Shown one piece after another: positions 52,994-64,000 of a stretch of 64,000 nucleotides of DNA. The stretch comes from the human T2T-CHM13v2.0 reference genome, Homo sapiens: the NCBI RefSeq assembly GCF_009914755.1, contig NC_060932.1; one strand, 5' to 3'. The notes under the pieces are model-generated. The model made no database searches, had not been told where the DNA came from, and worked only from the letters and a program-made list of their open reading frames with translations. Position numbers and translations under genes: made by a program. Positions within the stretch are counted from its first letter, which is position 1; every line of letters begins with the position of its first letter.

Positions 52994-53590
52994 TGTCTTA
53001 TTCCTGATTCCCTAGAAAGCAGAGCCTGAGGCAAGGATTGAGTCTTGATGCTTCACTTGGCAGGAGCAGTCCCAGAGTAGTGAGAGTGAAAGAGGAAGGA
53101 AATGAATCCAAGAAGGAAGGAAAGCAATGCAAGCTCTTGCATGCTACAGTACTGGCCAGGCCTCACAACGAGCTGTGATGACACTCATGGAGCCACACAT
53201 GTCTAGACAGGCTATACAGAGAAGCTGTGGCTTGGGACCAGCTATGGGAGGAAGTAAGAAGCAAGAATTTCTTTACCCATCTCCTTCCCATATCCTAGTT
53301 CCATTTGCCAAAGTTTGCCCCATGGAAACATTTCTGGGTTGCATCATGTGGCTGCTCTAGAAATATAGTCCCATGCCCCACCCTGTGGCATCTCACCCAA
53401 GTTCTTAAAGAAGGGGAAAGGCCAGAAGTTTGGGGATAGAGACTGGTTTGTCTGGCTGCGCAATGCCCCCTCTGACTGGTGATCTCCAGGCAGTAGAGCT
53501 GTGCAATGCCAAGGAGAGGAGGAAGGCCAGAGCAGCAGCCAACACAGAACAGGCATCATCAGAATCCAGAAGACATGTGTGATGTGCTGG
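52994..53590 (-). mobile_element. LTR16-like ERVL LTR
   Basis: ttccctagaaagcagagcctgaggcaagg resembles the reversed LTR16 3' end. Confidence 0.55.
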
Positions 53591-53632
53591 CTCCAAGGAT
53601 CTCATGTCAGAATGTCAAAGATTGTTTTTGGG

Positions 53633-54016
53633 TGTTATAGGATGAATAGGGTCCCCTTAAAATGCATGTGTTTAAGCCCTAACTCCCACTACCTTGGAAT
53701 GGGACTGTATTTGGAGATAGGACCTTTAAAGAGGTAATTAAAGTGAAACAAAATCATTCGGGTGGATCCAAACCAATATGACCGGGTCCTTATAAGAAGA
53801 GGCGATTAGGTCACAGATACACACAGAGGGAGGATTGTGTGAGAAGGAAGAAGACAGCTATCTACATGGCAAAGACAGAGGCCTCGGGAGAAATTAACCC
53901 TACCAACAGGCTGATCTTGGACTTCCAGCCTCCAGAACCGTAAGATAATAGATAGCTGTCATTTAAACCAACCAAGCTGTTACCCTGTTATGGCAGTCCT
54001 CGCTGACTAATAAACA
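53633..54016 (+). mobile_element. MLT1B-like LTR
   Basis: gactgtatttggagataggacctttaaagaggtaattaa...ttggacttccagcctccagaac. Confidence 0.85.
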
Positions 54017-55184
54017 GGGATAGATCAGAAAACAAGAAAACCAAATCCTGCTCTGACTCCCTTTCAGGTTTTTCGCTCATTTGCATTCCCTTGAGGTCCG
54101 TTTCTAGAGCAGCCAAATTATTAGTTCTTTGAATCCACCAGAATGAGTGTGGACCTTCTTAATTTTTTTTAATCGAAATGAGAGTCTACAATAAAGCACG
54201 AGATGTTTTGCTAGTAGAATACAGCAATACAGTCAAATAGGCATGATATATTTCAATGAATAATTTATGTATTGCACTGGTATTAGCTCAACAATGCTTT
54301 TACTACCACTTTCTGGGACATAGCAACAATTATTAATATATTAACACACTGATTATTGAGACGGTGGAGCAACTTCAAGTCATTAAAAGAAATTTAAAAA
54401 TAATAGAAGTTATAATATATTCTACCAAAAAAAAAAAAAACGAGAATATGCAGAATCCACAGTGATACAAAGAAAAAAATGAGGAAAGCAAAATTGGCTG
54501 AAATACCAAACCTTTACATGGCTGTGATGAATGTCAACTTTATACAATTATTGGTTTATTCAGTTCTGTTGCTGCTTCAGGAATCAGAAAAAATCATGTG
54601 AATGGAACAAAATATATCTAAAACGATCAAAAATGAGAGACCAAGGGAAGTTCCTGTGCTGTGAACAAGAAAATAGCAAACCAAAGTACTGTTTTATTTA
54701 TGCATTTTATCAGAGGATTTACTAGTGCCCTACAAACACTCTTTAATTAGACTCATTTACATGATAGCAAGATAAATGAGTATTGTTCTATGCTGCTTTA
54801 TGTTACTTCTTCTCCCCTTTCTCTGCCCATTAGCTGTCTCTTTTTCATCTGGAAAGTCCTGGGCTTTTTCTCATGCCTCATGTTTTACATTATCTTAATT
54901 GCATTTTATTGTTTCTCCATTTAGACAACCTATTTTGAATAATATCAACATTCCTTTGAGTGCCCTTGTAGGAGTCATGGAGTTAGTAGAGAAGGGAAAG
55001 AGAAAGCCAGCCCCTGTCCTCAAAGTATTTACTATCTAGAATGAACAAGCACATAGAGGTTAGGGCCAAGTCTATTTAGTTTGCTTACAGTTTCTGCTTA
55101 CAGAGTCCTGGTGCCAGGTATAAAATGTGAAGGCATTTGGCTCCTCCACTCTGCGCCTTTTCCCTATGCCTCCACCATGTCAAG

Positions 55185-55630
55185 CTCCCCTTCAACTGTA
55201 AAACGAATAAGTAAATTGTGGTATATTTATACAATGGGAAATCATAAAGGAATAAGAATGAAGAATTTACAACTACACTCAACAGCACAGATGAATCTCA
55301 CACACACAAAGTTGAACAAAAGATACCAGACATTAAAGGGTGCATACTGCGTAACTCATGCTTAATGCACAGAGTGCACAAAAGCAGGCAGGGCTAAGCT
55401 CTCTTGGTAGAAGTCAGCAAAGTGGCTACTCTGGGAGTTGGGTAGGGAGAACAGTGCCTTGTTAGGAGCATGAGGTGAGTGGGCCTGAGGTGCAGGTGAC
55501 ATTTTCGTTCTTCATCTGAATGCTGGTTTAAATGGGTATGTTCAGTGTGTGAAAATTCATTGAACTGTACACTTATAATATATGCATGTGTCTCTATGTA
55601 TATTATACTTCAACACAGAGTTTGTAAAAA
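55185..55630 (+). mobile_element. L1ME-like 3' end
   Basis: taaattgtggtatattt...atgaatctcac...gtgaaaattcattgaactgtacactta. Confidence 0.75.
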
Positions 55631-57403
55631 TGTGATCAAAAGGTGCCCACTAAAACAAAGTTTTTGTAATATTGATAATAACCGGGCTCCCAGTTTTGCA
55701 GATTTGTCATAGAAACAGCTAAGAATAATACTTCTTCATGGCCAGCCTCGAAAGGAGACATTGTTTTGTTCAAAATGCTTACCAGGGTCTCCATAGCTAA
55801 GTTCCCTTGACATCTTGGCTGACAGAGGAATCTGCAACATAACTGATTTGCTTTTGTATCCTGCACCACTCCCAATGATAGGCTAAAAGCCACAGGAAAT
55901 TAGGCTAAAATAATGAAAACAGTTGACCCCATTTTTAAAGGCAGCAAAGGGTATGTGGCTAACAAGAACTACAAGTAGGGTGCTAGCTGAATGAAGTAAA
56001 TGTATTTTTAAATTATTTCTGTTCGATGTGGGAGAAAAATGCCTTTTAAAACACACATCTTGTAGTCTAGCACCCATAAAGCAAGAGAGATCTAATGGAT
56101 GCACGATCAGGTGGGAAATGAACAACTTGCAAATACAAAAGAGACTGAAAAACCCTGTGTAACACATCTACACAAAAGAAATATACATGGAATCAATTGT
56201 GGCAAATTAGCTTTTGTAAAAAAAAAAAAAAAAAATCTCCTTAAGGAGCAACACAACCGAAAGGGAAATCAATGGAATTTTACAAAATAGAAGATGGTGT
56301 TGTATAGTTTAAGATCTATATTTAATTGGTATCATTGGAAGTGTTTGCACTTTGCTTCCACATATATCCAGAGCATGTAGTATTTTAAAACAATTCACAG
56401 GTCCAAATTGCAAAATCACAATAATAATAATGTTGTATTATATCAACCAAAGCTAAGCTTCTTAAAACCTGATTAGATACATGCTAAATCATGACATGAC
56501 AGATACAGAATGAATCCATAATGTTGATTCAAACCAGGACTTAGGAAAATGGTTCAGAATATAAAATTATGGAAAACATTACAGTACATCAAAGCAAAGC
56601 AAGTTTAATTAGGCTTAGTTTGATAATTGCCGAAAACAAAGAACTTGCCTCATAGCAGGCTGGTGTAAAATCCAGCAGTAAGTCCAGTTGATTCAAATTA
56701 AAACGGCCCTATCTACCATCCCACATGAATCCTTTTATCTGAAGGCTACAGAGAACAAAGAATTACAATTCAGCTCAGAATTACAGAGGGTCGGTCGTTT
56801 TATCATCACGGTTTGCTTTGGCTAAAACCTGACTCTGTGTGTTTCACTTCTTTCTTTTTAAAATATGACATATAAGGACTTTAAGGTAAAAGCCAAGTGA
56901 CTAACTAATACTAGCAAAAGCCAGCAGGTAGGTGTATTTCTTCAGAATATTTACCTCCGAAGGATCCATTTCCAGTTTTCCCCACACAGGAGTCATAGGG
57001 GAACAAAATTCATAGTCTTGCAACCAGATTCTCCTCAGTAGTACTGATTTTCTAGATTGGAAATGTAGAAACTGACCTCTCTGAAGAATGATACAATCTC
57101 TTCCAAATTTAAATAGATTAGGAACATCCTACTATTAATTGCGGCAAAGTGTTATTGCTATGCTAATTTTTCAAAGTAGAAAACTATAAGAGGAAATCTA
57201 GAAGCCAGGAAAAAAGAGGTGAAGAGAGAGTGTTATCAGATCTTACTCCCACCACCACCCCAACCCCATGCCCCTCTCCCCTACCCACCACTGCCTCCCA
57301 CCCCCACCCCGCCCTGTCCAGACCCTCATCATACATCACCAAGACTGCCGCCAATGTCCCCTCAGTGCTTCCTGACTTTGGGCTCCTCCAGCCACCTACT
57401 TTC

Positions 57404-57638
57404 TTTTTTTTTTTTGAGACGGAGTCTTGCTCTGTTGCCCAGGCTGTAGTTTAGTGGCACAATCTCAGCTCACTGCAACCTCTGCCTCCCAGGTTCAAGC
57501 AATTCTCCCGTCTCAGCCTCCTGAGTAGCTGGGACTACAGGTGCCTGCCCACCACCAAACCTGGCTAATTTTTGTATTTTTAGTAGAGATGGGGTTTCAT
57601 TGTATTGGTCAGCCTGGTCTTGAACTCCTGACCTCAGG
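57404..57638 (-). mobile_element. 5'-truncated AluS
   Basis: Perfect 15-bp TSD cagccacctactttc (57389-57403 / 57639-57653); the first ~60 nt of the Alu are absent. Confidence 0.93.
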
Positions 57639-58442
57639 CAGCCACCTACTTTCAACACTCTTGCCTGAACTGTAGTTCTGAAAAATAAATATGATCGTAT
57701 CATCTGCTCACTTATAAAATGTCACTGAAATTTTTTAAATTCAATACTAATATGAAAAACATTCAACCTCACTAATAATAAAAATGCTAATTAGAATAGC
57801 AAGTATCATTTTTTGTTTATGAAATGGACACAAATGTCAAAAAAATGATTAGTGCTGACAAGGGAGTTATGGAAGAGGCACATTTATAAATATCGCTAGT
57901 GAAAGCACCAATTAGAACAGGCTTTTTGAAAATCAATTTGACCATATAATATTATGAGCATTCAAAAGACTGCTATACGCTTTGACCCTACTTCTAAGAA
58001 TTTATCCTAAAAAGTAATCAAAGATATGAACAAAGATTTATGTAGAAGAATAATCATGGCCGGTTAAAGTTGTGACCATTAGACTCTGCTAAGGATGGCA
58101 ATTTTAACCTGCCATGATTCATTAAGAAAATGTGGCCATAAGGCCACCCCAAGACAGATGGGGCATCCTAGGGCAGAACTCTGAGGACAAGAAGTTCAAC
58201 AGCTAGCACTGTTTGTGCATACGTTCATTCACCGGTCTCCAGGGCAAGAGAGAAGATGAAGCTGAGGGTTAAGGTCAGGGTACAGGAGTAGATGAGAAGG
58301 AGCAAGTTGTCCTGATTTGTTGCTGACACTGCATTCAAAAATGTACTGACTTTCAAATTATACATACCCATAATAAAGAATTGAAGTAATATAGAAAATA
58401 CAAAATAAAGATTTAGAATTTAGCCTGAAGACCACCACATAA

Positions 58443-58766
<324 letters not shown>

Positions 58767-59479
58767 TAAATTATTATTCATATTAAAGTGCACTTCATTC
58801 CAGGCAGTTCTCCATGCATATGTAGACTAGCTGGAGAAATACCTTTATAAAAATAGGATTATAATATGACTTCTATTTTTATTAAAAAGTATTACATTTA
58901 ATTTTACTTTAACAGAAGGAATAGCAAATAAAGTGAAACTAAAGAAATTGCTGAAGTCTAGATAAATATTTTTTCACCACCAGAGGTAATATTTAATAAA
59001 ATATCTCTCCAAGGTTAAGGTAAAAAAATATTGGAGTCATTTAGTTTAAGATATGTACATGCTTTAATCTTAGACAGTATCAATACTGTCTGTAATTAAA
59101 GATAAGGAACTAGCAGTCTTATATTTCCTTTTACCTTCTCATTTTTTGTAAGCTCTATTATTCTTCTTTTAATTGGAAGTGTATATAATAATATTGACGT
59201 TCTGCTCTATTATTATAATTCTTACAATCGTTTGGTCTTAGTTCTGTGTTTAAATTTATTGTTTAGAGAAGCATATATATGTAGTAAGGCTTTTTTAAGA
59301 AGCAAGAGAATGCTAGACACAAGAGTCAAGAGAATCATGTTTTCCATTTGAGGATGTAAAGTGATGAGGGCAAGAAGGACAGATAGTTCACTCCAAATGC
59401 ACTGGGCAGAATGTTCACAATTGTTCATGTGTTTATTTCCAATCTGTTTTTATACACACATTAGCAAAACTGGAAGCTT

Positions 59480-61672
<2,193 letters not shown>

Positions 61673-61879
61673 TATGTGTTTTTTAAAATGAAAAATTCTC
61701 CCAGGAATACAAAGACACTTAACTTAGGAAATCTAAAAACATAATCCCCACGTTACAAAATTAAAGGGGAAAAGTCACATAATCACCTCGTAGATGTAAA
61801 AACAGAGTTTGATAAAATGTAACCTGCTTATTACCTCTCTAACTTATTATCATTCTGCTTATTACCTCTCTAACTCCAT

Positions 61880-62322
61880 CTCCTGCTAGTCTTTCCCTGA
61901 TTTCTTCGGTTCCAGGCATGCTAGTCCCCTTGCTATTTCTTAAGTCATGCACATTCTCACCTCCATCTTTGCACCTGCTATCCCTCTGTCTGGAATGCTT
62001 TCCTGACACATATGTGCCTAGCCTGCTTCCCTGGCTACTTCAAGCATTTGCTCTAATAGTGCCTTCTCAAGGCCTTCCCTTGCCACCCTATTTGAAACTG
62101 CATCTCCCAGCCCCAGCACCTCCGCCCCCTTCCCTTGCCTCAGTTTTCTCCATAGCATTTATCACCTGCTAGTACACTACATTTATTTATTGTGTTTTCC
62201 TCCACTATACTGCAAGCTTCATGAGGGCAGGACTTTCTGTCTGTTTAGTTTGGAGAGGAATCGCTGGTGCTTAGACAGATGCACTAGATAAGTACTCAAT
62301 AAATATTTATTGCATGAATGCA
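61880..62322 (+). mobile_element. L2 3' end
   Basis: gcaagcttcatgagggcagggac...tactcaataaatatttattgcatgaatg. Confidence 0.8.
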
Positions 62323-62324
62323 TA

Positions 62325-63240
62325 AAAGATAAATTCTTTTGGAAGAACAGAAACAGAACAGACTTGATTTTCTGGATAAAGGATATCATTACTAAAATCC
62401 TTCAGCAAACATCATGGCTAATGATGAAATGTTAAATACTTTCTCTTGAAAATTATGAGTAAGTTAAAAATGCCCAATATCCCTGCTTCTATTACAGGTT
62501 TTACTAGGGAGTTCTAGCCACTATAGGCAAATGAAGGAGAAAATGGGATTAGGGGAAACAAATTTCTCTTTATTCAGAGATATGATTATTCACATACAAA
62601 ACCCTTTAAAGTTATAGATTATTTAAATAAATTATTAGAATTAATAAGAGGGTAGAATAAAAGATGAATGTAAAAATCAATCATATTTTTATATATCTAT
62701 AACAGAAAGATGATTTAAGAAAAAACACCATTCACGATGACAGAAATGCGTCTATGAAATCATCAAAAGGCAACAACTTTATAGAGAAAAATTTAATGAA
62801 AATTGCTCAACTAAATGTAGAGACATACCATGTTTATGATTAGGGAGACTCACTATTGCAAATTGACATATATATTTAATGCAATTCCAATCAAAATCCC
62901 AACAGTGATTTTTGATATATTTGATAACCCAATTCTAAAATTTATGTGGAAGAGCAGAATCCCAAAAATAACCAAGACGCTCTTGAAGATGCTTAAGATG
63001 CTGAGCTAGCCCAAACAATATTGTCACCAAGCACAAAGCTAAAGTAATGAAAACAGTGTGGTACTGGCATTGGTGTAGACAATTTAAAAATGAAATAGAA
63101 AAAAATGTTAGCAGCAAAGCTTATCATAGGGTATGTAGATTCTTGAAATACAATAGCCATGGCATGGTGGATCAACCGGGTCGGGAAAAAAATATAATTG
63201 AATCTCAATCTCACATACTATATATGACATTCAATTCCTG
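62325..63240 (+). mobile_element. Old L1M ORF2 fragment
   Basis: aatgcaattccaatcaaaatcccaac; aaaacagtgtggtactggc. Confidence 0.75.
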
Positions 63241-63241
63241 A

Positions 63242-63632
<391 letters not shown>

Positions 63633-64000
63633 ATGCTGATAGTAATAATTTTTGTTTGTTTGTTTCACTTATTTTTATTTTTTAGTGTTGTTAATTTCAT
63701 TGGGTATTGTGGGAGGGTGATTCTATGATCCAGTTTCACTTGGCCTTCTTTACTTAAATGTCTTCCATAGCCCCAGTATTAACATTCTGATGCTGGGTCA
63801 CACATCTCTAGAACCTGCTAATACTTATTAGTGTTTTTAACCCAAGAAACTGTATTAGAGACAAATTTCTCTATCACATATTGTCAGGTTGAGACCAAAA
63901 TAGAACGAATTGAGAAAAGAAATATATGCATTTACTTAAGTCTATTCTTAACAACAATATGGAACGTTGGAACGTTGCCTTTGGAGCTCCCCTGAGGAGT

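Overview
Human (great-ape-like) genomic DNA at the 5' end of MSRA (methionine sulfoxide reductase A, 8p23.1). The only protein-coding sequence I can support is MSRA coding exon 1 (minus strand, 14131->13990), lying in a CpG-island promoter that is probably bidirectional. Positions 1-13989 are the start of MSRA intron 1. Positions above ~14400 are upstream, repeat-rich intergenic DNA: Alu, L1, L2, MIR, MaLR/ERVL/ERV1 LTRs and hAT DNA transposons. I found no convincing new gene system, and the other ORFs look like repeat-derived or GC-rich noise. Most notable observations: (1) a MER41B LTR with both STAT1 GAS motifs intact, next to a MER41A lacking them, in a five-LTR cluster ~24-28 kb upstream of MSRA; (2) a nearly full-length MLT1A element containing an L1 insertion whose TSDs enclose ~240 bp of extra 3' sequence (candidate ancient 3' transduction); (3) an unexplained diverged ~250 bp duplication in intron 1; (4) weak/strong Kozak dual start codons in MSRA exon 1; (5) a templated hairpin insertion in an LTR; (6) a spacer-less inverted Alu fusion. 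Repeat subfamily names come from recalled consensus sequences, boundaries are approximate, and both need RepeatMasker/Dfam confirmation.
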